DNA of 64,000 nucleotides from Saprolegnia diclina VS20 (Eukaryota): NCBI RefSeq assembly GCF_000281045.1, contig NW_008246071.1, positions 128,350 to 192,349 of the forward strand, read 5' to 3'. Shown piece by piece: positions 44,910 to 55,740 of this stretch (position 1 is its first letter; each line of letters starts with the position of its first letter). The notes under the pieces were generated by a model. It saw only the letters and a program-made list of their open reading frames with translations, ran no database searches and was not told where the DNA came from. The position numbers and the translations under genes were made by a program.

Positions 44910-47900
44910 TTAGGTCGAGGTCCGGGCCTTTTTGGCTCGCTTGACCATGTCGTCGTGCCGCGACCGGATCGCTCCAAGGACGGCGGCAAAGTTGCCGAGT
45001 CGCTCGCCCGTAAGCGCGTCTGGCGCCGGCTGCACGCCGACTTGGTCGCCAATGAGCTCGAGCGCGGCGCGGGTCAAGCGCACGGCCTCCTTGTCCGACT
45101 CGCCAATGCAGAGAAGCCCGACGACGCCGGCTGTCAGGCTGTCGGCCAAGACGAACGCGGCCCCAATGGATTTCTATGCGCCCACAGTTATAGACCCGAG
45201 AGGGAGGGTGCCGCAAATACCTGCAGGTCGAAGCTCACGCCGTGCACGCGGCACATGTTGAAGAAGACGGCGTACTGGAGCGTCGCCATGTTCGGATGGA
45301 AGATGTACTCGTGCGCAATGTAGGCGCGCTCAGGCCCCACGTTTGAACTGCGCGGACTCTCGCTCAAGATCTTTTCGACCGCCAACTGCGTCTCGGTCAC
45401 CGGCAATTGCCCCGTCGCCGGCGAGGGATGCGGTGCGGGCTGCGGAAGGAAGCTGCGCCCTGTCGCTGCGTCCAGCGTCGCACACGACAAAAACGTGAAG
45501 AGCACGAACGACATGGCCGTCGGCGTGAGGCACGGCAAGAGCTGCAGCGCCCAGAGCCGCAAGTGCGGCGGCCCCGCCTTCCCGTTGACCGTCTTGACAT
45601 CGAGAAACGCCACATAGTCGATGCTTGCGTAGCCAATGATGCCGCTCGCGTACATGGCTTGCGCAACCGCCAACGACGCTCCCTTTATGAGCGCACTAAG
45701 ACGCAATAAGAAAGGCGGCAACGTACGCGGATCGCTGCATAAGGCACGGTCGTCGACGGGTACACGGCGCCGACGCTTTGGTGTTTGTTCTTGGCCTGCA
45801 TCAACTGCTCCTGCGCCGACGTCAAGTGCACACCGCCGGACGGCTCGATGAAGACGTTGGCGCGGACGCGCGCGAGGACTTTGGGTGGGTACGCCTACAC
45901 CGAGCGCCATCGGCAACCAATAACCAAAATGCTCGTACTTCAATGACGGCGCCGATGCGGTTGACCACGGGACGCATGTGCTGCCACGTGGGGTAGACCT
46001 AATGCAATGGCGTTGGCATCCTGTTCCAGGACGACGGGGATACGTCGGGAAAGCAAGGCGAAATGAGCCGGTGAAACTGCTCGCTGAGCTCGGCCACGAT
46101 CGCCCGCACGATGCCTTCCTTGATGTTGGGCTGGCTGTAGTACTCGTCGTTCTTCATGGCGCGCTTCTCGGTGCGGACCTTATTGACGCACTCGAGCGCG
46201 TGCATGTCGATAGACGCCAAGCCCGTGTCGGACGGGTCCGCATCCAGCTACACCCGATACAAGTTTAGCGAAATGCCAGAAATGCAATGAAATCACCTTG
46301 ATGAGCCACATGCCTTGGTGCAAGTTGGCGGCCGTGAGCTTGGCCAAGCTCAGAATCAGTTCGTCCTCGTCGTAAATGTCATGGGCGCCAAACGGAATGT
46401 TGACGTCGGCTTGAGTAAATAGCCGCTTGGCACCCGACTAGATCCCGCATGAGACACTGTCTGATGCCAATACAGCGTACACGTGTGCCGTAGAGCAGCG
46501 CGCGGTCCGGGTCCATGCCCAGTAGCGGCAGCTGCAGTCGGATCGCGAGCCGCTTGTCTTCGGGCCCCACGGTGCCCGCGACGATGTACGCCTCTTTCCC
46601 GCGGACGTAGCGCTTGATCTTCTTGAGGCAGTGCGGCGAGTAGAGGAGGATCGTCGCCAACGAAAAGTGCTCGGGGAAGCGCTCGGCGTTCTCCGGGTGC
46701 AGCATTCGGACGCGCGAGTGCGGGTCCGCGACGCCGCCGAGCTGCAGCAGTCGCATCATGTACTTTTGAATGTCAGCCGAGAGCTCGAACGGCGAAATGT
46801 AGATGACGTCGACGTTCGGATCTGCGATCGCGCAGAGACGCGCCATTTGCAAATTCTGGCGAATTGCAAAGTTGTCCATATTGAGCCGCGTGCGCTCTTC
46901 GGCCGAGAAGGACGGCACGTGCACGACGACCCGCCGCTGCATTTTGATCTATCAACTTATCAAGCAACCCTGGCAACAGGGACCCCAACCTTGTCCCAGT
47001 TGGCGTGAAACGCGGTCATTTGCGTCTCCCACGTGCGGGCGTCGGCCTCGCGAGCCAGTCGCAATTTGACTTGGATCTCTTTGACGCTCTTGTACGTCCG
47101 GTACACGCGCTGAATGTGCGACGCGTACGAGTGCCCGTGGTGTTGCCGCAGCCGGCGTCGCGTCAAGTGCATGCGGTACACCGACTGGAGGAGTATGGCC
47201 GCTGCGTGCCGGCTGTCTTCGCCCTTGAAGCGCTGGCCTGGCCGCGCCATAAAGGTTGTGACCTCGTCGACGTTGAGAACACACGTAAGTAGCTCCGATT
47301 TGGAGCGGGACACGGCGTCCATGGCTGCAATCTTGAGCAGCTTTTGCCCGTCAATATAGGCGAGCGGCACCGAGTAGTTGATGAGGAGCGTCTCGAGCTC
47401 GCGAATCGCCATCGAGACACTGCCCCAGAGGTCTTCCGTGATGCGCTTGAACGAGATGAATTCGGGCGTCTCGGCGAGCGTTTGGCCTTTCCGAATGATA
47501 AATTGATGTAAACTAGGCCCAAATCAATATACGAGTCGTGGCAGCAGCGGGGAGACCTGTAGGTGTCGAGGAGGTCGTTGTAGCCTCGAATCTTCTCGAC
47601 GTTGTTGCGCAATTCCTACGCAAGTGTGACTCGGATGCAAGTAGACGAAGGACTTATACGTCAATCGTGTCGGTGGGCTCAATCGGGCCGTCGTCGGTCG
47701 TCGGGTCTTCGACGGGCACCACGTCGCCTTCGTCCTTTGCGCCTGGAAACGTGAGCTGGACCGTCGCAACCGCTGATTTTTTATTCCGAGCGACAGCTAG
47801 CCGCGTCAACGGCGTCGGGTCCGGCTCGGTCGGTGGCGGCGCCAAGTCGAGCTTGAGCGACGCAACATTGAAGCTCGACGAGTTCATGTAGGGCTGGGAC

Positions 47901-48827
47901 TTGACGGGCTGTTCGGACCGGTCGTACAGCCGCAATTTGCTACGCACGTCCTTTATATATTCGGAAGCGGTGCTCATCAGCCGCACCTGTTTTGAATGAT
48001 GCCGTCGCCGTGCGTAAAGGCGAGGGAGAGGTCTGCCGATGTCGGAATGAACCCGCGGTTGACGAGGTTGAGCACGCCGCGCTTGGCGTCGTCGTCTTCC
48101 AAGTCGGGCACGGGAGCCAGCGGGTCGATGCGGTTCACCTACGCGCGTCGGATTCGCTGGCTGCAACCAAAACTGTACTTTGGGAAGGAGTCGTTGGGGG
48201 CCCGTGACTTTCTTTTTGATCAAGCGACCGACTTGCATCGTTCGCCCAATGGGCCGCTTTCCTGGCGGGCGATCTCGTTCGACGGGCACGACGGGCTGGC
48301 CCAGTTGCTACATGACATGGCGCACGGATGAGAATATACGCGGACGACGATCTCGCACGCGCTACCTGTCGCAGCCTCTCGACGGGCGAGCTGCGCGTTC
48401 TGTGATCGTCCAGCGAGCCCTACACGTTGCTGAGATGCGTGCGAGCTGCAGCGATATAGACAAACGTCGCGTGCCATCGCGTCGGCGAGCTCGCGCTGCT
48501 TGGCCAATTTCGACGAGAACTTGGAGACAGACGGCTGGCCGCCGCCCGGCGCTTCGATGACCGGCAGCGTCTTCATCGTGTTGTTGACGACGCCGTTCAA
48601 GACGATCTACACAGCGTACGGCTGAGCTGCATGCGCCCAGATAGGCGGGTGACCTCGGCCTTGGAGCGCAGGTCCAGCTCAGCGCGCTCGAGGATCGCTT
48701 GCAGCGCATCGATGTCGATGTTGTTGCTCGTAAGGACCTGCTCGCGCATGTTGCGCAGCTCATCCTGCGCCTGTAGGAGGATCCGGCCGACGTCCTCGAC
48801 ATGGTACTGCTGGGCCAAGCGGTCCAT
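44910..48827 (-). CDS. IQCH: IQ motif-containing protein H (IQCH-like), many exons
   Basis: MDRLAQQYHVEDVGRILLQAQDEL, YNDLLDTYS, YSVPLAYIDGQKL, IQ motifs AAILLQSVYRMH and HIQRVYR, RRVVVHVPS and QNLQMARLC...DPNVDVIYISP. Confidence 0.82.
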
Positions 48828-49080
48828 GCCTGTGTCCCGACGCGGTGTAACCGGCACGAGGCCGGATATCGCGATCGAATAACCGGATGTTTTGTCGTCG
48901 GTCGCCCTGCGCTTGGCCAGCAAATATTCACTGTCACAATATATTGATTTTCACAGGTATTTACAATAGTGCTATATAATTTATGAAGCAGGAAGTGAAT
49001 TCGAAAATGCTTAGTATCAATATAGAAAGGTATCGAGTGTCGAGACGCCAGCTGTGACGCAGCGCCCATTTTCCAACACC

Positions 49081-50292
49081 ATGGCGCCGCCGATGCCACG
49101 CGGCCGGTCCTCGTGGCGGTTCAACATGAACACGATCATCATGCTGGGCATGTTCCTCGTCGTCTGCGTCCTCATCCGCGTCAACCTGAGCTTCGTCCAC
49201 AACAGCAGCAGCCAGGCGGCGCTTGAGCCGCGGCTGCGCCAGGTCGACCGCGGCCTGCCGCAGGGCACGACCAAGCACGAGCGCCGCACCATCGTGCTCA
49301 TCGCCAACTACCGCGACACGGCGCGCTGCGCAGAGACGCTCCAGTCCATGTACGCGCAGGCGTCGCAGCCCGACTTGCTCTCGGTGAGCATCTTTGACCA
49401 AATTTACGAAGAGCAGGACGAAGGCCGGTGCTACGACGCGTACTGCGACAAGGTCGGCGAGGCCAATTGCCGCCGGTCGCAGCTGCGCCGCAACGATACG
49501 ATCAACGCGCTGCATGCGACGGGCCCGACGTTCGCGCGTTACCAAACGGAGAAGGGCATCGACCTCGCGATCGACACGTTCTCGCTCGCGATCGACTCGC
49601 ACATTGTGTTTGTGCCGCACTGGGATAAGGACCTCATCGAGCAGTGGGACTCGCTCGAGAACGAGAAGGCGATCATCACTGTCTACCCGCGCTCGACCGA
49701 CAACACGCCGCGCAACATGGACACGTCCCTCGACACGACCGCGATCCTCATGTGCACGGGCAAGATCGAGACCGAAGACGCCGACGCCATGATCTCGTAC
49801 GACGCCGTCCAGCTCATTCCTGTGCCCGAGAAGCCCCGGCTCATGTCGCAGTTTGCGGGCGGCTTCAACTTTGGCACGGCGATCCAGGCGCTGGAGGTCC
49901 GGAACGACCCGTACACGCCGTACCTCTTTCACGGCGAAGAGTACTCGAAGGCCGCGCGGCTCTTCACGCACGGCTACGACATGTACGTGCCAAAGCGCCA
50001 GGTCGTGTACCATTGGTACGAGAAGCGCAATGTGGTCTGGGAGCGCGACTGGGGCGACCGGTACGTCATCCAGCAAAAGGCCAAGCGCCGCATCCGGACC
50101 GTCCTTGGCCTCTCGACGACCAGTGACGACTACGACAAGACCGACATTGACAAGTTTGGCCTCGGCACCAAGCGCACGTTTGCGCAGTTTCGCGCCTTCT
50201 CGGGGATCGACCCGACCGCGGCCCACTACAAGGACAACTACGCGCAGTTCAACAACTGCCGAGACCTCGAGTACGTCCCATACAACGACTAA
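49081..50292 (+). CDS. GT60-family (Gnt1-like) N-acetylglucosaminyltransferase, type II membrane protein
   Basis: N-terminal TM, IANYRDTARCAETL, ATGPTFARY, AIDSH (DxH), FAGGFNFG, DPYTPYLFHGEE and RLFTHGYDMYVP. Confidence 0.88.
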   Translation: MAPPMPRGRSSWRFNMNTIIMLGMFLVVCVLIRVNLSFVHNSSSQAALEPRLRQVDRGLPQGTTKHERRTIVLIANYRDTARCAETLQSMYAQASQPDLLSVSIFDQIYEEQDEGRCYDAYCDKVGEANCRRSQLRRNDTINALHATGPTFARYQTEKGIDLAIDTFSLAIDSHIVFVPHWDKDLIEQWDSLENEKAIITVYPRSTDNTPRNMDTSLDTTAILMCTGKIETEDADAMISYDAVQLIPVPEKPRLMSQFAGGFNFGTAIQALEVRNDPYTPYLFHGEEYSKAARLFTHGYDMYVPKRQVVYHWYEKRNVVWERDWGDRYVIQQKAKRRIRTVLGLSTTSDDYDKTDIDKFGLGTKRTFAQFRAFSGIDPTAAHYKDNYAQFNNCRDLEYVPYND

Positions 50293-50459
50293 CTTGCTCG
50301 AGATGGTGCTATTCGATTGCTCTCTCGCTGTGACGAACTCTGCATCATCGATGGGTTATGTGTCGTTTCCTGCATGGAGCTATGGACCTGTCTGTGAAGT
50401 GCTACATCACCCACACACTTGACCAGACGACGACGAATGCAGAGTCGCTCGCAAGCGAG

Positions 50460-51128
50460 TTAGCTACAACACGTATTGAAATGGCGAGCGATGGCAGTCA
50501 AGAGGGATGGCGCCACGGTCGTGGATGGATCGAGGCGTACTGCTGGGAGCCAGGTCGCGCTGTCGAGCAACAAGGCGCGCGGAAGGTCTTCGTGGCCCAC
50601 AATGCGACCAAGGGAGCACGGCCACGTCGCACTCTCTTCCAGAATCATGAGCGGTGACGAGACGTGCAGTCGGTCGGTCGAGGTCAGCGCGTGAGGCAAC
50701 AAAAGCTCGGGCGTCGTTGCGTCCCAAAGAACGACGGCCGTGTCAATGGCACCAAAGGCATCCAGCAGCGGCAACGACGTTGAAAGGGGACGCTGTGCTT
50801 GGAACTGCGTATACACCTCGCGAAGTCGCGCTGCCTTGGCCGCGCCATCGATCGAGCCAGCTCGAAAGACGTGGTCGTTGCACAACAGGAGCGTGAGTGG
50901 TGTACGAAGCGTAAGTGCGACGATCTGAACTTGAGCGTGGCCCCGCTCCCACTGGTTGGGGGCGTACGCGACGGCTTGCTCCAGAGTGAACTGGGGGTAG
51001 AGCGCCGACCAGTCACTGCCATTGGAATGCGGGAGTGCAGTGAGCGGGTGTGGAAGCGCCTTGAAGCCAATGCAGGTCCCCGCGTCCACTTGTAGCAGCA
51101 GCAAGCTGGCGCTAGTACGGCTCGTCAT
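50460..51128 (-). CDS. Orphan 222-aa protein with a putative diphtheria-toxin/ExoA-like ADP-ribosyltransferase fold
   Basis: Intronless ORF with IGFKA, DWSALY-x10-Y, LSTSLPLLDAFG and AVVL...PELLL, collinear with DT/ExoA catalytic motifs. The fold assignment is by eye. Confidence 0.55.
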   Translation of the reverse strand: MTSRTSASLLLLQVDAGTCIGFKALPHPLTALPHSNGSDWSALYPQFTLEQAVAYAPNQWERGHAQVQIVALTLRTPLTLLLCNDHVFRAGSIDGAAKAARLREVYTQFQAQRPLSTSLPLLDAFGAIDTAVVLWDATTPELLLPHALTSTDRLHVSSPLMILEESATWPCSLGRIVGHEDLPRALLLDSATWLPAVRLDPSTTVAPSLLTAIARHFNTCCS

Positions 51129-51409
51129 TCTCGTACAATAAGAAATCACCACCGCATTTCTAGTCGCTCAATGGGCCAGAAAAGAATCCAGCGGCAGCGA
51201 CAAGAGGGTTAGGGTTGCTAGAGCGCCTAGTGGTGCCCACCGCCGTCAGTGCAAGAACATACCATGTCGTCGGCCAATCGGCTTGTACCCTTGCGTCGCC
51301 TCCCGTCGAGATGGACCGCGGAGCCTGCTCATTTGCAGACTGGTGGGTTCAGTGGCGTGATTTTAGCCCGAGATCGGCTCGGCAAAGTCGGAAGTCCGTT
51401 TCAGCCGCC

Positions 51410-52504
51410 ATGAGCACGAATCGGCTCGTCGCCAAGGAGACCGAGCAGCTATATGCAGCGGCGCTCGCCGGCGACACGGCCCGCGTGCAAGAGCTTTTAT
51501 CGGAGAAGACGGCCGACGTCAACTTTCACCAGCGCAACCACGTACCAAGTCGATGCTTGCTGGCGATGGGCTCACGCCTCACGTAGTATGGCTCGACGCC
51601 AATGATTGCAGCCATCATTGGCGGCCACGTCGAGACTGTCCGCGCACTTCTGGATGGCGGCGCCGACGTTGCGGCGCTGCGCACACCCGTGCGCTGAGGC
51701 ATGTCGACGTTCGTGCATCATGGCTGGCTCTGTAGGACGCCAATAGCCCGCTCCACGAAGCGTGCTTTCAACGCAACCCCGCGATCGTGCGCTTGCTCAT
51801 CGAGCACAAGGACCAGTTCCAAGACGACCTCCACGACGCCAACGACAAGAACGCGCCGCGCTGGTCCATGGTCGACGCTGTCAACCAGTTTGGCAACGTG
51901 CCATTGCACGCAGCAGCCATGGCGGGCTCTGTCGAGTGCGTCGAAGCGCTTCTCGAGGCCGGCGCGCTCGTGGACGCAAGCAACAACGTACGGGCCGAGC
52001 ATGTACAATGCGTGACGATGTTTCGTGTAGCAACACTCGACGCCGCTCCACCACGCGTGCTACTGTGGGTCACCCAACGAAAAGGTGGTCGAGCTGTTGG
52101 TGCGCGCCAAGGCGGATGTCAACCTCCCCGACAAGGTCGTCTTGACAACTCTCGTAGAAACGAGTCTCAGGATCTGCGTAGAACCACGCGACACCGCTCA
52201 TCGTCGCCGCCAAGAAGAACCAAGTGGGTGCCATCTCCGTGCTCTTGGAGGCCGGCGCCGACCCGGGTGCCGTCGATGACGTAATCGAGTCATTTTCTAC
52301 AAGCCAGTGATGCTAATCCGATGCTAGTCGGGGCGTAACGCGCACGCATCTGCGGTACTTCGCGGCAACCTGGAGTGCGCGGCTCTACTCAAGGACCTCG
52401 CTCCCATCGACCCGGACGTTCGCCCGCTGGACCCTGACGCCGTGCGCCGTCCGTCCCTGACAGCGTCCATGTACGCCGAGCACATGTACCATCACCAAGA
52501 GTGA
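51410..52504 (+). CDS. Ankyrin-repeat protein, multi-exon
   Basis: LYAAALAGDTARVQELL, GSTPMIAAIIGGHVETVRALLDGGAD, NSPLHEAC, GNVPLHAAAMAGSVECVEALLEAGA and DTPLIVAAKKN. Stop TGA at 52502-52504. Confidence 0.9.
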
Positions 52505-52512
52505 GATTGTGC

Positions 52513-53486
52513 TTAAGCCGCGTCGTCGTCGTCGGCGAAGGCGAGCTTGACACCGCGGCTGCCCTTGCGTCTAATCGAACGAAACTTTGCACGTATGTTG
52601 ATGCAGACGGCGCATACCTCGCGCCCATGGGAAGCGCCGCCTTGCGCTTGAGCGGGTTGGGCGCAGACGACGTCGAGCTCGTGATGGCTGGCGCCGTGGT
52701 GAAGCTGAGGGGTACCGAGGCGGTCGTCGGCTGCAGCGAGGCCGACCGTCGCATCCGACGAAGACGAGCATCCTAGTGGTCTCTTTTGTTGTGCAAGGAA
52801 TAGCACAGCAGTCGTACCTCGGCGCTCTCGGTGCGAAGGCCATGCAGGTCGGCGAGCAGTGCATAGGCTGCTTCCGGTAGGACTTGCCCAGCGTCCAAGA
52901 TGAATTGGCCTACGCAGCCCAGATAGCGTAACACTGCTGGGATGTTTATACCTCGGCGAAGCAAGGATGGGCCAAAGAGGTACGTGACGTTGACACAAGC
53001 GCTGCCATTGTCTTCGACACTCAAGCTCACATTCGCCGCCGACTCGAGCGCCGTCTACGCTTGTTGCTCCAGCTCAGCAACGTACCAAAGCAAGTACCTT
53101 GAAAGGCGCAGCAAACATGCCGAGATCGCCATTGACGCCCAGCTCTTGCATCTATTCCATGCGATGAGCCATGGCATCAACGCGCTTGCAACATGGGCTT
53201 GAAGCTCGGTCGCCAGAAGCTGCTTCTCAAAGCACTTGGTCGCGCCGTCGACGCCGACGCAGACCGTAAGCGTAATGGCTACCGGACTGCTCGTGGACGG
53301 CCGCAGCCAGACGAGCCATCGCAATGGCACGGATGTGCTAAACGAATAGGTATCGCGCTCGCCGAAGACGTGCGCAACGAACGCGTCCATCCTAAAATAG
53401 AGCGCACTTTGGACAAATCCTAATTTCACTGGCCTGTCGTCCTCGGGGTACGTCAGGATGGCCGTAATGGACGCGTCCAGCGGCAC
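52513..53486 (-). CDS. Hypothetical or degenerate gene (fragmented ORFs)
   Basis: Successive same-strand ORFs 53055-53486, 52773-53030 and a Ser/Thr-rich tail, separated by stops or possible introns. No family recognised. Confidence 0.3.
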
Positions 53487-53892
53487 TAATGCCCGTAGGA
53501 ACCTGCCACGTAATGATGATATTCGCGTCTCGTGCGCCCTCTTGGCGCTGCGTCTACAGCTTCCCAGGCCGAGGCCAAGGTCCGGCGCTTCTCGCCCACT
53601 TCAATTCGGCGTGCGCCATTTTTACCGACCACACAACCTCCCACACTTTATATACCAGGCACAGCTCGCGGACGACCCACATGCGGCACACCTTGCACCT
53701 CGCACCTCGCGCCTCGCGGTCAGTATCAAGCGTATGGGTGCTTTATGCACAGCAGCACGCGGGCGCTGGCCGTGGGCGGCAATGTGAATGCGCTGGGTAT
53801 ATTAATTGTGGGAGGTAGTTGTTCGAATGGAAATGGCATAGAAAAACCAAGTCGCCAGATTGCTGTCGGCAGTGAACGATTTGCGCTGAACC

Positions 53893-54477
53893 ATGGTGCA
53901 GCATGCCGCCGCCTCGACTTCGACGCCCCGCGCGGGCATGTCGCCGGGCGACTTTATGTTTGGCATGGTGCTGGGCCAAGGCTCGTTCGCCAAGGTCTAC
54001 CACGCGCAGTTCAAGCGCACGAGCGCCAACTTTGCCATCAAGGTCATGGACCAAGAGTTCATCAAGCGCCACAAGAAGGTGCCCTTTGTCGTCATGGAGC
54101 GCCAGGTCATGTCCAAGCTCGCGCACCCCAACATCGTCAAGTTCTATTGCAGCTTCAAGGTTCGCGATCGCTCGCCTTGCCTGCAAGCTCATGTTTGCTA
54201 GGACGACGACAGCTTGTACATGGTCATGGAACTCTGCCGTGGCGGCGAGCTCTTGCACTTTATCTGGTACCACTCCGACGACAACCATGGAGCTCACGTC
54301 TTGGGCGAGTAGCAAGGAGCGCGACCAGTACCGCAAGCAAGGCATCCAGGACCAAGCTTGCTCGGCGTCTGTCACGCAGTTTTACATGGCGCAGCTCGTG
54401 TGCGCGCTCGAGTACATGCACTCGAACGTACTACGCCATCGTCTCAGTCGGTTCTCACGCATCTTTTGAGCAGAATG

Positions 54478-54509
<32 letters not shown>

Positions 54510-55700
54510 CTCCTCACGTACATCGCATGACGACCGTATCGACGCTCATGAATCACAATGCAATAGCGAGCAAGGGCAGCTCAAGGTGACCGACTTTGGC
54601 ACAGCCACCGTACGTTCCTCTGTGCACCCGAGAAGCCACCGTCTCATGCTCGACCTCCTCTAGACGGGTGACAACCAAGATGAAAACAACAATTTTTGCG
54701 GCACGGCCGAGTACCTCTCGCCCGAGGTGCTCAATGACCTGCCCGCGTGCGTCGGCAGCGACCTCTGGGCGCTTGGCTGCATCATCTTCCAAGTACGAAA
54801 CCCCTTTCTTAGTCAATGACAATATTCTCCACTTGTAGATGTTTGCGGGGCGCCCGCCATTCCGCGGCGAGAATGACTACTTTACGTTTCAAGACATTTT
54901 GACCCACGACAGCGACACAATGGAGTTCCCTGCAACATTCCCGGAACCTGCGCGGGACCTGGTGCGCAAGCTCCTCGTGCGCGACCTCAGTATGCGCCTG
55001 ACCGAGTACGCGACGATCAAGGCGCACCCGTTCTTTGACGGCATCGAGTGGGAAGCAGTCGCTACGACCCGCAGCCCCGTGACACCGGACGTCGCGACGC
55101 TCCCGACACCTACGATCGTATATATAACTCCTTTTGGTCTATTGCAGCTGCACAACTGAACGGTGTAGGACGGCGCAGCCCCCAACTGGTCGATCGCCGG
55201 AGCCTTTACGGACATGGCGAGCCCGTTTGCCGAGTCGGACTTTCCGCTGCCCGTCGCAACACGCTCGTACGCTTTGGACAGTCTGTCGCAATGACAAGAG
55301 AGATGTGTGTAGCTCCAACCACAACAGCTCGCTGCGCAACAGTGCGACGACCGCTCACAGCGGTCTCCTCGACAACAACGAGTCGGTGCTCTTCCAGTCC
55401 GAAGTGAAATTGCACGCAGCCATGTTCATGAAGAAGCCGCGAGACCTTCTCTTCACGTCCAAAGGCCGCCTCATCCTCATCGACGCCAAGACCAACACGC
55501 ACGACATCTTCCATTGGGACGTGCGCTACATGCGCGTCGTGCCCAAGGGCGACTCGACGTTTGAGATTCGCACGGTGCGACATGACAATGTTGTCTTCAC
55601 TCTAATAGCCGTGTAGACGTCGTCGTCGTTCAAGATCACCGACCCGACGCATGGGTCCCACCACTGGGTGCAAGTGCTCACAGGCTTCACCAAGCGATAG
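53893..55700 (+). CDS. PDPK1: 3-phosphoinositide-dependent protein kinase 1 (AGC kinase with C-terminal PH domain), many exons
   Basis: DFMFGMVLGQGSFAKV, FAIKVMDQEFIKRHKK, IHRDLKPDNILL, DFGTA, FCGTAEYLSPE, DLWALGC and PH KPRDLLFTSKGRLILID. Confidence 0.88.
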
Positions 55701-55740
55701 AAGAAGAATGTTGCTGTTTGTGTATATCAATCAAAATCGG

